NCBI GenBank assembly: GCA_951406725.2
Contig: OX597826.1
Span: 29,636,001-29,700,000 of the forward strand
DNA: 64,000 bases
Origin: Octopus vulgaris
Lineage: Eukaryota
Direction: 5' to 3'
The position numbers and the translations under genes were made by a program. Every line of letters starts with the position of its first letter. Position 1 is the first letter of the stretch. The notes beneath the pieces were generated by a model that saw nothing but the letters and a program-made list of their open reading frames with translations, did not search any database and was not told the origin of the DNA. Positions 11,574 through 26,478 of this stretch are shown piece after piece.

Positions 11574-14500
11574 GTTTCCACTTTGCAGGGTGGTTGGTGT
11601 TAGGAAAGATATCCAGCTGTAAAAGTTATGCTAAAACAAACACTGAAGCATGGAAAGCAGACGTTAAACGATGATGATGAAGAAGATGTGTGTGTGTGTG
11701 TGTGTATAAACTTCGTCTATTTATGATGGGGCACATGGTTTTTCTTGAACATTGTTATGGGACAAAAACAGTGACCCAAATGGTAAAATGTTATCAATTA
11801 ATTTATAATTCTTTCAAATTGTCAGGCAAAAGAAAATGGTTATTTTCTTGAAATTGTGGAGCCTAACACAGCATGGAAATTCAAAGCCCGAAAACTAGCT
11901 GCGTAAGTATTTAGAATTATTACATTCAACTTCCCTTTTTCAATATTTGTTTACTATTGTATGTAGAATATTGCTGACAGTTAATTTTCAAGCTGCTGGG
12001 ATTGATGAAATAATTAGCGTTAAAACCTGACTAATTCTTTTGATGCCAAACCACCTGAGACTGCCTTTGGTCCTATTTACTCTTTACTCTTTTACTTGTT
12101 TCAGTCATTTGACTGTGGCCTTGCTGGAGCACTGCCTTTAGTCAACCAAATCAACCCCAGGATTTATTCTTTGTAAGCCTAGTACTTATTCTATCTGTCA
12201 TTTTTGGCGAACTGCTAAGTTACAGGAATGTAAACACACCAGCACCTGTTGTCTGTTGTCAAGAGGTGTTGGGGGGACAAACACAGACACCCACACACAC
12301 ACATATATATATATACACACATATATACAACGGGCTTCTTTCAGTTTCCGTCTACCAAATCCACTCACAAGGCTTTGGTCGGTCCGAGGCTATAGTAGAA
12401 GACACTTGCCCAAGGTGCCACACTGTGGGATTAAACCCAGAGCCATGTGGTTCGTTAGCAAGCTACTCACCACACAGCCACTCCTATACCTCTTATATAA
12501 GCTTCCTGTCTAAAGTGATCTTAATTAAAACCTTCCACAAAAATTTCATGTTAATTTATGTTCCAAACACCAGTTTAATAACAACTATTTTTTGTTTTTA
12601 GTAAATTTGTCATTTTCAAAATAAATTGAAATAAAAGGGGTTAAAGTAATCGAAATTAAAATCTTCCATCAAGATTTTGTATCACTTTATGTACCAAACA
12701 CCAGCTTAATAATGACTATTATTGTTTAAAATTTCTGAATGAAGTGAGAAACATCTGTTGCAATAGAATGGCCATCTGTATCATGTAGATGGCTTAAAGT
12801 TGCCATAACGATTGTCAGGTTGTAATGAAAGTGCTTTTTAATAGTTGAGCAGATATTGTTAAACAAGATTTAATATAGCTATATCTCTATTTTGATGCTT
12901 AATCACATCCACATAAGTCAGCCACTACTTTTACTAACATTATATAAAAACATTATACATGGACACCGCTCCAGGCTGATCATTTATCATCTAACAAAAG
13001 ACACATTTAGCATATTATGCTTTGAGTTTCATAGAAAGGTCAAAGCAGGTGCAGTAACTATATTGTGGCTATCATTTTTTACCTATAAACCCCATTAACC
13101 CTTCTGTTACCAACCTGGCTGAAACCGGCCTTCGCTCTGAGTACAAATGTCTTGTCTTCATAAATTTTGAATTAAAATCTTCCGCCAAACCTTAGTCACA
13201 ATTTATGTTCCTAACACTAGCTGAATGATAACTAAGTTATTTTACTAAATTCTTTGTTATATTTAAAGTACGTGAAAGAAACACAGAGCATCTCAAAATA
13301 AATACAGTAACACAGTAACAAAAGAGTTAAAAATATATAATAGAGAAACAATTCTTAACCCTTTTAATACCATCCTGGCTGAAGCCGTCTCTGGTTCTGT
13401 AGTACAAATGTCTTGTTTTCATAAGTTTTGAATTAAAATCTTCCACCAAACCTTAGTCACAATTTATGTTCCTAACACTAGCTGAATGATAACTAAGTTA
13501 TTTTACTAATTTCTTTGTTGTATTTAAAATTAATTGAAAGAAATGGCATCTCAAAATAAATACAGTAACGAAAGGGTTAACTTGTATAGGTTGAACTATG
13601 CAAAATGTATGAGAAAGAAATCTAGCTGTGTTTTGTAATAAATACTTCTAAAGCAACATTTTTTCATGGTTCCTTAATATACTATTGTGGGTCCCTAATT
13701 TTTTATTTTGCTTGCATGGACCCCTAAAAATCTTATATGGACCACAAATGGTCATATGGTACCGGGTTATGAACCACTTACCCAGAGCACTTGTGTGGTT
13801 GATGCAGCTTGTAGGAGATGGGTTCTTTTTTGCCTGTTTCAGAAATGGGAATGGTTTCAGTGAAGTATATGCTAAGAAAGGGTCACTTAAGGCAGCGAGC
13901 TGGCAGAAACGTTAGCATGCCGGGCGAAATGCTTAGCGGTATTTCGTCTGCCATTACGTTCTGAGTTCAAATTCCGCCGAGGTCGACTTTGCCTTTCATC
14001 CTTTTGGGGTTGATAAATAAAGTACCAGTTACGCACTGGGGTTGATGTAATTGACTTAATCCGTTTGTCTGTCCTTGTTTGTCCCCTCTATGTTTAGCCC
14101 CTAGTGGGCAATAAAGAAATAAGAAAGGGTCACTTGAGTGGACGTGGCACAGAGGCACTGGAAGCAGGTTTTTTCAGAAAATTTTCCCATTGCTGTTAGT
14201 TTTTAGCCATCATACAAATAGTGTCCTTCATTTCCAGTCTTCTGTGAGAACATGTTCAGTCATGGAGAAATATTAGCTTAACTGGAAACAGATGAGGGTT
14301 AGCAACAGGAAGGGCATCCAGCTGTAGAAAATTCACCTCAAAAAATTCTGTCTCACTTATGCAAGCATAGAAAAGTGAATGATAAGCGATTATGATGATG
14401 ATGATGACATAACTTCATTGTTTTTTTTTTAAAGTTTCTTTTTGTTAAATTTTTGTTTTTTGTTTTAATTTTGTTCCTGTTTGTTTTGGTTTATTGTTCA

Positions 14501-17500
14501 GTCGAAACACTCATGGTGTCGGCTATGAAAAGATTGTCGACATGTTGAAGAAATACGAAGAAGTGACAGTCCACCAACTCTTAAGAAATAAAAAGGCACC
14601 GAGAACAAGGTAAGTGTATCAATGATCACCACTACAACTACTGCCAGCACTACAACTGCCACTATGACCGCTACCACTACTACTGTTAAGTCGGGTACTT
14701 TATCAAGTCTCTTTTGCTGAACTGCTCAGTGTTGGGCAGTGGTGACAAACACTATGACACACATTGGCACTCCATTGGTTCTGATGATGACAGTTCCAGT
14801 TGATCCGATCGACAGAACAGCTTCAAGTTAATGTGCAAGTGGCAGAGTACTCCACAGACGGTGAACCTGTAACATAGTTCTCAGGGAGAGAGTGGACAAC
14901 AGACATTAAATGATGATGAAGATGATGATGAAGATGATGATGAATGTGACAAGGTTGGCCCTTGGAATTACTGGTACAACTCGTTTTTGCCAGCTGAGTG
15001 GATTGCAGCAATGTAAAATAAAGTGTCTTGCTCAAGGTCTCAATGCATCATTGGGAATTGAACTCATGACCGTATGATCATGAGCCAAATACCCTAACCA
15101 CTAAGCCACACACATCATCTTCATCATCGTTTAATGTCCGTTTTCCATGCTGGCATGGGTTGGACGGTTTGACTGAGGAGGCTGCACCAGGCCCCAATCT
15201 GATCTGGCAAGGTTTTGACAGCTGGATGTCCTTCTTAACACCAACCACTCTGAGAGTGTAGTGGGAGCTTTTTATGTGCTACTGGCACAGGGGCCAGTCA
15301 GGCAGCACTGGCATGGGCCATGGCAACAATTTTACTTGACTCAACAGGTCTTCTCAAGCACAGCATATTGCCCAACGATTGAAGGGTACTTTAAATGGGC
15401 CAGTTATGTGAGAATACCCACATATATGATAGAGGCTACCTCAAAGTTTCTGTTTACCAAATTCACTGACAAGGCATTGGTTGGCCCAGGCTATAAGATG
15501 GCATGCAATGGGACTGAACCTGAAACCATATGGTTACAAAGTAACCCCCTTAACCACACAGTCATTTATTTTGAAGAATCAGTTCCTGGGACAGGATTTC
15601 ACTTTTGCAACTTCAAAATTTTTTGGGTTCGCAATCTTTTATAACCCTTTGGCATTCAAATTATTCCGTCAAAGTTAATGCTACTCTATTCATATCATTT
15701 TGAATTCATCATATATCATCTCATAGCATCAAGATTTTGGTGATGTGAGTGTTTATATTTAGAATGACATTGCAGGGTAAGAGTGAGAGGTCGGATCTGG
15801 CCAGTTTGAACGTAAAACAAGTAAAATATTTGGGGCAGATGTGGCCTGTTCAAATGCTAATGGCTTACCGCTTTTTTGTATTTGTTTGTTTGTTCTCTTT
15901 AGCGCTCCTGTGATAAATGCTGAGACGAGATCAGTGCAGAAGGAAAGTAAAAGAAACTATAAAAGGAATCGGAAAAGACACCGCTCTGCCAATAATGGTG
16001 AAAATAAATCGAACAAGAATCATGGCATCAGTGAAAGCAGCGAAACAACCTGTGATGGAAATCTAGACGATGGAATGTATATGAGTCTATCATCACCTCT
16101 CAGACCAGATTCTTGGGGATCAGATTCTAACTGGGATGAACCACAGCTGCCGAAATTGGGAAGAGTTGAAAATTTATCTGATTCTGAATGTACGGATTCC
16201 TCTCAGAGTAATTCTGTTGAACCATCTTCAGATGAAGAGGACATGGAGCATTTGGCATCATCTTTTAGTTTCGTGGATCTGGGTGAGAATGCCATAAGTT
16301 CGGTTACAGATTCTGCAGATGTGTGTAGTAGTTTAGAGATGCTAGCATTGAACTGTTTATTAAAAGATGGCATGGATGAAAATTTAGATGTAGCTGACAG
16401 AGCCATATTAGAAGCGTGTCAGAAGAAGGATGATTTCTTGCAACAAATGTTCCAGAAAAGATCTCAAGCTGATGAAATAACACAAAGTGGGACAGATTTG
16501 GAACAGTCTGGGACAGACATTGCTCCTCAGATATCTGACAATTCGGAAGGGGAGCCATGTTTATCAGACTCGGTTTCAGATGAAGATGGTGCATTTTATA
16601 TTAATTATTCCATAAAAATGGAATTTTTGACGTTATTAGTGCAGTTGTTTGGACCACTTGAAGAACTCGAAAACAAAGGTTAGTTAATTTCATCTTCATT
16701 TCTTCATTTGTGTGTGTGTGTTTGTTTTCTTTTTTGTGTGAGCTGTTTTGTATTCATTATTTTCCATGTGTATCTGGATTGGGTAAGGTTTTGTATGGAA
16801 GCATTCCATTCTAAAGCTGAATCATCATCGTTGTTTAACACTCATTCTCCATGCTGGAATGGTTTGGGCAGCTTGGCAGGATCTAGAAGGTCCATGCACT
16901 GCATTGTGTTCCATTCTCTAGTTTGGTATGGTTTCTACAGCTACATGCCCTTCACAACACCAACCATTTTACAGCTGTACAAGCTTCCATGAAAATATGT
17001 CTGGACTAAAAGAAAATATCAATATTACCTTGTTTGGAAACAGGTGAGAATTAGTGACAGGGAGAGCATCCAACTGTAGAGAATTCTGTCTCAACAGATC
17101 TTATGTGACTCGTGCACACATAGAAAAGGAGTTATTAAAAGAAGGGCAATGAGGATGTATTTGTATATATGCTTGATGTTTGTGTGTGATTAGTTTTTAT
17201 CACATGATTTATTCAAGCAGTTGTAATATTATAATTTTGTAATATTTTCTTTTAAACAGTGCCTGATAAAGAAGGGTTTATTAATACGAAACTATCATTA
17301 GAGCATCTGTCTTCTTTACATAAGACTTTATCAGAAATTTGTCAATCAAAAAAAGGTAAGAACAATTCTATTTCACCTTTATATTTATTGTTTCTGAAGT
17401 GTGTGTGTGCTGTTTTCATAGTTGGTTTAGCTAATATGATAGGAGTGTTGCACAACCAGGTAATGTTTCAGAACAGTTTAGAAGCATCATGATCTGTCCA

Positions 17501-18381
17501 TGACCAACACTCTTGACTCTCCTTCAATTCATTTAACTGTAAATAGGTAGTATGATGGATGTACAGTTTACTGATTCGATACCAATAATAATAATAATAA
17601 CAACAAGATCACTCAGAGAGTGCAAACCTCTGCCAAGGTAATACCAACATCCTCTCAACAATTAGCCAGAGAGGATTTTTAAAATGAGAATATCTGAAAT
17701 AAAGTTGACTGCTCTCACAAATGAGTTTACTAAAAATGAACCCGACCGCTCTCAAGAATTAAGTAAAATAACCGGAAAATTAATCCAGAACCCTTGTCCA
17801 GTACCGGATCAATCCCAAAATGTAATTAGTTTGTGCCAGTCATGAGGCCAAACATTCCAAAAAGTTTCATGTGAATCCATCCAGTGGTTCTTGAGATATC
17901 TTGTCCACAGACAAACAAACACGACTGAAAACAATATCTCTGCCTTCACTAAGGCGGAGGTAATAATCCTTTCAATTTTGGTGCAGGGCTTAAAATTTTG
18001 ATGGGAGAGGGCAGTTCATTACAGTGAATCTTGTACTCGGCTGGTACTTATTTTTATCAACCCTGAGAGGATGAAAGAAAAAGTTGACTTCCACAGGATT
18101 TGAACTTGAAATGTGAAGAGTGGGAAGAAATGCTGCTAAGCATTTGGTCTGACATGCTCATGAATCTGCCTGCAATAATAATAATAATAATTCTTTCTAC
18201 TAAAGGCGCAAGGCCTGAAATTTTGTGGGAGGGGACTAGTCAATTACATCAACCTTTATCAACCCCAAAAGGATGAAAGGCAAAGTTGACCTTGGCAGAA
18301 TTTGAACATAGAACGTAAAGACAGATGAAATAACACTAAGCATTTTTCCCGATGTGCTAACAGTTCTGCCAGCTCATCCCC

Positions 18382-18425
<44 letters not shown>

Positions 18426-21400
18426 CCTTTCTTCTACAGACACAAGGCCTGGATTTTGTGGGGAGTGGGACAGTCAATCACATCAACTCCAGTATGCAAC
18501 TGGTACATTTTCATCATCCCCAAAAGGATGACAGGCAAAGTCAACCTCAGTGGAATTTGAACATAGAACATAAGGACAGATGAGATGCCACTAAGCAGTT
18601 TTCCCAAAGTACTAATGGTTCTGCCAGCTCACCACCATAATAATAAGAAGAATGGTTTCAAATTTTGGCACAAGGCTGACAGTATAGGAGTAGGGTGGGG
18701 GTAGGTGGTGGAGTAAATCAATTACATCAAAGCCAGTGCTCAACTTGGTATTTACTTTATCAACCCCCAAAATGAAGAAAGACTGTCAACTTCAGCAGAA
18801 TTTGAACTTGGAACTTAAAGAGAGATGGAATGCTGCTAACCATTTTGCCTGGTGTGCTAATGATTCTGTCAGCTTGCAACCTTCATGATGATCATAACGG
18901 AGGAGGGGATCAGTACGCAATGGATACTTAATTTATTGACCCCGAAAGGACAAAGGCATAGTCAACCTCGGCAGAATAATAATCCTTTCTACTATAGGCA
19001 GAAGGCCCAAAATCTTTGGGGAGGGGCCAATCAATTAGATTTACTCCACTACGCAACTGGTACTTAATTTATCGATCCCAAAAGGACAAAGGGCAAAGTT
19101 GATTTTGGCGGAATTTGAACTCAGAACATGAAGACAGACGAAATACCGCTAAGCATTTTGCCCAGTGTGGTAATCATTTTACCAGCTCACAGCCTTAATA
19201 AAATATTAAATATCAGTCATGTACTGGGGTTGATGATATCAACTTACCCCTTCCCCTCAGATTTCTGGCCTTGTCTCAGTATTTCAAACCATGTACTAGT
19301 TATTGTTTTTTTTTTGTCTTTCTCAGAAGCTAAAAATAGACGAAGTGATAATTTACCACTTTCGGAGTTTGCAGATGATGCAATAGACTTCCAGGAAGTG
19401 CCAAACATACCATTATCATCATCATCTGCCACACCTGACTCACTTTCGCAAATCATGAGGGAACAACAGGAGGGTCAGATTGAACTCGAACTAAAGGTTT
19501 GTTTTGTTTTGTTTTTTGTTTATTCTGTTAATTGCATTTTATTTATGCCAAAACCTTGTGGGTAGAATTGGTTGACAGAAATCAAAAAGAAGCCCACTGT
19601 GTGTATGTGTGTGATTGTATCACCTGTATTGACCAGACTATTAGATGTTATACATCACTGGTCACAATGCACTTCCAATTCTTAATATTTACCCCTTTCG
19701 TTACTGTTTTTATTTTGAGATGCTCTGTAGTTCTTTCAATTGATTTTAAATATAACAAAGAATTTAATAAAATAACTTAGTTATCATTAAGCCAGTGTTA
19801 GGAACAGATATTGTGACTAAGGTTTGATGAAAGATTTTAATTCAAAGCTTATGAAAACAAGACATTTGTACCACAGAAACAGAGTCGGTTTCAGGTGGGT
19901 TGGTAACGAAAAGGTTAACACACACACTGGTTCAGTTTCCATTCATTTACTTCTTTATTTTTTCTAAAATTTTCATTGTGTCTTGGGACCTTTTCAGACT
20001 ATTGAAAAGGTTGCAAGATGTAATGAAAATTTTAGAAAAAGATAAAGAAGTATTTACCTGCCATTCTGAGTTCAAACCTGACAAGGAATCACTTTGTCAT
20101 ATTCTGGGGCTGTTAAAATAAGTGTTGATCAAATACTGGCATTGATTTAATTAATTATTCCCAGCCATGAAAATCTGTGTGTGTGTGTTACCAGCCTCCT
20201 CCTTTTCATCATGTCCTCCTTTGTTGGCTTGGACTGGACTGGACTGTTTGACTAGCTCTGATGAGTCAGGGGACTGTGTTGTGCTCCAATGTCTGTTTTC
20301 ATATGGCTTGTATAGCTGAATGCCCTTTCTAATGGCCATCACTTTAACCCTTCAGAAATTAAACATATCTGGCCCAAATGTTCTACCTGTTTTATGTTCA
20401 AACCAGCCAGATCCAGCCTCTCACACCTACCCTACAATGTCCTACTGAAAGTAAATAATCACAATCTCAAATCTTAAAAACTAATGCATGATTAATTCAA
20501 AGCAGTGTGAATAAATATTCATTACATTTGACAGAATAAACTGGATGCTAAATGGTTAAAGAATGTACTAAATGCCTTTTTTTTTTGTGATACCGGAGAC
20601 CCCCTTCAGTCATGAATGACCATGGGATTGCACCTAGGAAGTTACCCTGCAAAGAACAAGTCTGGGCAAGGTTGTTTATGGAAGACCAGTAGTTGCCCAT
20701 TGCATACCAGCCTCCCCTCTCCATGCCACCAGTGTTATCCAAGGGAAAGGCAAAAGCCGATGCAGCTTGGCACCAGTGACGTCACAACTCATTTCTACAG
20801 CTGAGTTAACTGGAGCAACGTGAAATAAAGTGTCTTGCTCAAGAACACAACATGCAGCCCATTTCGGGATTCAAACTCACAACCTCAGGGCCGTAAGATC
20901 GACGCTCTAATCACTGAGCCCTGTGCCTTTTGTGATACCAGTACTACACAAATGAGGTTGCTGTGTAGCTTTCAAGACAGAGATTGTCTTTAACTGAGAG
21001 AAGGAGGCACTTCTTTTTTTAGGTGATGAAAGGTTAAAGTATGACAGAAGGAGCCAAATCAGGTTTTTTGCTGTAGAAGAGATACATGGAGTCTAGGGTA
21101 CAAAACATTTGCTTTAAAGTGTTCAGCTTTATTTATATCCCAACATCCACCCAAAATTAATTCAATAATCTTTAAAGATAAAGTTTAATTAGTTATCTAA
21201 TCTGCTGTTTCCAAGATACCAGATTAATTGATGTGAACTAAAGTTATTTTATTTTAATAAATCTTGCAAAATTTTTTATTGTTTTCAAAATTAATTAAAA
21301 CATCATCATCATCATCATTTAACATCTGTTTTCCATGCTGGCATGGATTGGATGGTTCAACTGGGGTCTGGAAAGCCGGGAGGCTGCACCAGGTCCCAAT

Positions 21401-24400
21401 CTGATATGGCAGTGTTTCTACAGCTGGATGCCCTTCCTAATGCCAACCACTCTGAGAGTGTAGTGAGTGCTTTTTGTGTGCCACTGGCACAGGGGCCAGA
21501 GGAGCTGGCATCGACCACAATCAGATGGTGCTTTTTATGTGCCACCAGCATGGAAGCCAGTCAAAGTGGCACTGGCATCGGCCAATTTTGGATGGTGCAT
21601 TTTACGTGTTACTGGCATGGGGCTTACAACTACAATTTCCATTTGATTTGATTTTGATATTGCTGTTGATGTTGATGTACTTGACTCAATAGGTCTCCTC
21701 AAGCACGGCATGTCGCCCTACAATCCCAGGTACATTTGAGTGGGCTGGTTATGCAACACTGGTGTAGGTTACAGCTGTGGACTCACTTTATTTGCTGGGT
21801 CTTCTCAGTCACAGCATATCTCCAGAGGTCTTGGTCTTTTGTCATTGCCTCTGTGAGGGCCCAACGTTCAAAGGTCATGCTTCACCACCTCATCTCGTGT
21901 CTTCCTGGGTCTCCTTCTACCTCAGATTCCACCTAAGAATAATATTTGTTTGTTAGGAATATGATCATAAAATGTTAAATAAAATAAAATTTCATATAAA
22001 ACAATAATTTACAAAAAAATTCTGTATTCCAAATAAAAATATTGGGGGAGACTTTTTTGTGTGTGAGTGTGTGCATTTGATGAAAGGGAAAAAGATAGGG
22101 ATGGAAACACTAATGTTACTTTATTCTGATGAGACTAACTCGAGTCAGCTGTCATATACCAGAATCCAAGAAACCTGTGGTAGGGGGTGGGGAATGGCAG
22201 AGTAGTATTATTTCTGTTTCCTGTTCCCTCCCTTGATTTTAGGAACACTGTTGTTTTTGCTCATGTTGTTATCGTACCTTGTAGCTGTATTATTCAGTTA
22301 CTATTGGAAACCTATACTACACTAGGAACCCTTCATTTGAATATATTGCTGTTGTATAAGGTCGAGTTTATGGAAAACAGAAAGAATTGGTCAGGAACAC
22401 AAGACAAAAAACCCCAAGAAACAAAATGGAGGTCTGTTGGTTTGGATGTCTATACATTATATATACATCCACACACATACATTCAAGAGCACTTGTGTTA
22501 GAAAATTACTTAATAAATAAAATAATTGTTGCTGTTTTCATTTTCAGCTTCAGAGAAATGATCCAGTCACTGTGGGCAAACTGCGGAAGCTTTGTTCCGA
22601 GTTTCCTGGTTATGATCCCAACATCATTGAAATCATTTTTCAGGAGAATGAGTGAGTATTTTGTTATTGGAGATTCCTAGTTGAGAGATGGGTTGTGGTA
22701 GGATTTGGTCTTTGACCACATGGTCACAGTAGTGTTGTTGTTGATGGTCATGGCTGGAATGCTTTTGATCATAGGTCTGCTTGATGAAGGTAGGCTGAAG
22801 GCTAAACTGAAAGAAAAACAAATGGCCGAGTGTCTTTGATTATTGGTCTACATGATCAGGTTAAAAAGCAATAACAAAATCACATGATGGTCACTGTTGG
22901 AACACCTTTGATCACAGGCCTGCTGAAGGAGGGTAAGTCTTGGCCTAAAAATATTGGGTTAGTCAGGGATGAATTGCTTGTGGCCATAGGTTCACTTCAT
23001 CAGGACTGACCTGAGATTAAACAGCAACAACAAAAAACCCCAGTAAATTAATTAAAATATGCAGAGTCTTGATCAAACTGTCTCTTCCATTAAATATACA
23101 TTCTATAGTCATTTTACCTACTGGCATATATTCTGGCATATAAGTTGATGTATATAGTGTAAACATGTAGTGCAAACAATTTAAACATCTTCACTATCTT
23201 TCCAAAACCTGATGCATTTCATATGGAATTTTTGTTCCTCCAAAGTTGTTTTGGTGTAAATCTTGGTTTGAAATATTCAACTTGTATTCTGGAAAATATG
23301 ATAAAATCCTCTTAATCAAGAATTCACCCATTGATATCCTTTAATTACAGCTCTCTATACATTCTATAGTTGTTGTATCTGTATCTCTCCCTCCCTCTCT
23401 CTTCCAGTTACAATTACACAACAACTCTTGCTTTCTTAAATGGTGTCCCAGATAAGACAGGCTTGGATAATAAAGTATTTTCAGATTCACCACAGCAGTG
23501 TGTTGTAAGACGAACGGTAAGTTGTTTATGCACATGTATATAATATATACAGCAGGGTGTAAAAGTAGGTTTGTTTGTTCCTTCTTGAGCCATGCCTGGC
23601 TCATGAGGGCCAGTTTCCTGGTTTCTGTGGCGTATAGGTTCCCCACCTGGATGGGATGTCGGCCCATCACAGGCGAGCTGCAAGATGCAGGAGGAAAGAG
23701 TGAGAGAAAGTTGTGGCGTAAGAGTCAGCAGAAGTTCACCATTATCTTCTGCCAGAGTCGCGTGGAGCTTAGGTGTTTCGCTCATAAACACACACATCAC
23801 CTGGTCTGAGATTTGAACCCATAATCCCTCGACTGCTAGTCTGCTGCTCTAACCACTAGGCGATGTGTTTCCACAAAAGTAAGTATATAGTTATGAAAAA
23901 AGAAAACATGTACAATACTCTTTTATTTTTATCAAAAAGATTAAAAGTTATGATCAATGTTTTATTATGATTAATGACACTGAAAATATCAAAAAAGAGG
24001 CTGACTTTTAAATATTTTTATAAAAGTAAATGAGCATTGTGCTTTCTTTTTTCATGAATGTGGCCAATGCCAGTATTCCTCTGACTGGCTCCTGTGCCGG
24101 TGACATGTAAAAAACACTATCCGAACGTGATCAATGCTAGGCCCACCTGACTGGCTCCCGTGCCGGTGACACGTAAAAAGCACCCACTATACTCTTGGAG
24201 TTGTTGGTGTTATGAAGGACATCCAGCTGTAGAAACATTGCCAGATCAAATTGGAGCCTGGTGCAGCCTTGTGGCTCACCAGACCTTTTTACATGTCAAA
24301 CCATCCAGCCCATGCTGGCATGGAAAATGGACGTTAAGCGATGGTGATGATGATGGTAACTGTATACCTACTTTTGCACCCATCATACCATCATCATCAT

Positions 24401-24824
24401 GAGTGTATGTATGATAGTCTGTCATCATCATCGTTTAACGTCTGCCTTCCATGCTAGCATGGGTGGGACGTCTTTACACAAAATGTGAAGATGGACAAAA
24501 TGACAATCAGCATTTTAGGTTGACTTTACTTTTCATCCTTTTGTGTAGCATTGATAAAATATGTATCAGTTGAGTTCTAGGGTTTATGTAACTGGCTTAT
24601 CCGTCCCCTAAAAATTGCTGGCTTTATTTCAATATTTGAAACTATTATTATTATTATGCTGTTTGGGTCAACTTTACCTTTCATCCTTTTGAGGTTGATA
24701 AATTAAGTACCAGTTGCATACTGGAGGAGGGGATGTAATCGACTTATCCCCTTCTTTGAAACTGCTGGCCTTGGGCCAAAATTTGAAACCATTGTTATTA
24801 TTATTATCATCATCATTATTATTA

Positions 24825-24867
<43 letters not shown>

Positions 24868-26195
24868 GGAGTTGAAGATGGTGAGCTAGCAGCATCATTA
24901 GCACACCAGACAAAATGTTTGGTGGCATTTCATCTGGCTGTATGTTCCGAGTTCAAATTTCACTGATGTCAACTTTGCCTTTCATCATTTTGGGATTGAT
25001 AAAGTATTAGTTGAGCATTGGGGTTGACGTAATCAAATAGCATCCTCCCCTAAAATTTCAGACCTAAAGCCTATAGTAGAAAGAATTATTGGCTCTTGTG
25101 CAGTCGGCACGTAAAAAGCACCATTTGAGCATGGTCGATGTCAGTACCACCTGACTGGCCCTTGTGCCGGTTGCACGTTAAAGCACCCACTACACTCTCA
25201 GAGTGGTTGGCATTAGGAAGGACATCCACCTGTAGAAACTTTGTCCACATTGAACTGGAGCTTGGTGCAGCCTTCTGGCTCACCAGCCCTCAGTCAAACC
25301 ATCCAACCCATGCCAGCATGCAAAGCGGACATTAAACAACAATGATGATGATGATGGTGATGGTGACGGTGACGGTGACGATGACGATGATCGTTATTAT
25401 CATTATGAAGGCAGTGAGCTGGCAGAAACGTTAGCACACTGGACGAAATGCTTAGTGGTATTTCATCTGCTGTTATGTTCCGAGTTCAAATTACACCAAG
25501 GTCGACTTTGCCTTTCATCCTTTCAGGGTCGATAAAACAAGTACCAGTTATGCACTGGGGTCGGTGTTATTGACTTAATCCCTTCCCCCAAATTTGAGGC
25601 CTTGTGCTTCCAGTTGAAAGGATCATTATTATTAAGGCGGTGAGGTGGCTGAATCATTAGCACACTGGATGAAATGCTTAGCGGTATTTCACTCATTGCT
25701 ATGTTCTGAGTTCAAATTCCATCATGGTTGACTTTGCCTTTCATCCTTTTGAGGTCGATTAAATAAGTACCAGTTACTTGTAATCAATTTAAATAATAAT
25801 TATTATTGTTATGAAGGTGACAAGCTGGCAGAATCGTTAGCATGGTAGACGAAATGCTTAACGATATTTCATCCATCACTATGTTCTGTGTTCAAGTTCT
25901 GCCATGGTCAACTTTGTCTTTCATCCTTTTGGGGTCAATAAATTAAGTACCAGTTGAATACTGGGGTCAACGTAGCTGACTTAAGATGGCGAGCTGGCAG
26001 AATCGTTACAACGCTGGATGAGATGCTTAGTGGTATTTCACCCATTGCTATGTTCTGAGTTCAAATTCCACCGAGGTCGACTTTGCTTTCATCCTTTCGG
26101 GGTCAATAAAATAAATACCAGTTGAACACTGGGGTTGATGTAATTGACTCATCCCCTCTGCCAAAATTGTTGTCCTTGTGGCAAAATTTGAAACC

Positions 26196-26230
<35 letters not shown>

Positions 26231-26442
26231 GGTGGTGGGCTGGCAGATTTGTTAGCATGGTGGACAAAATGCTTTGCAATATTTCACCTGTCGCTATGTT
26301 CTGAGTTCAAAACTCACCGAGGTCAACTTTGCTTTTCGTCCTTTCAGGGTTGATAAATTAAGTACCTGTGAAACACTGGGGTTGATGTAATTGACTAGTT
26401 CCCTCCCCACAAATTTCAAGCCTTATGTCTAAAGTAGAAAGG

Positions 26443-26478
<36 letters not shown>

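Noticed and set aside
15841-15902. Signal-peptide-like N-terminus of the 280-aa ORF
   Set aside because: It is MITE end plus polypyrimidine tract of the intron; the exon starts at 15903.
24515-26445. CRISPR-like repeat array
   Set aside because: Eukaryotic SINE units of 150-230 bp with no unique spacers or cas genes.
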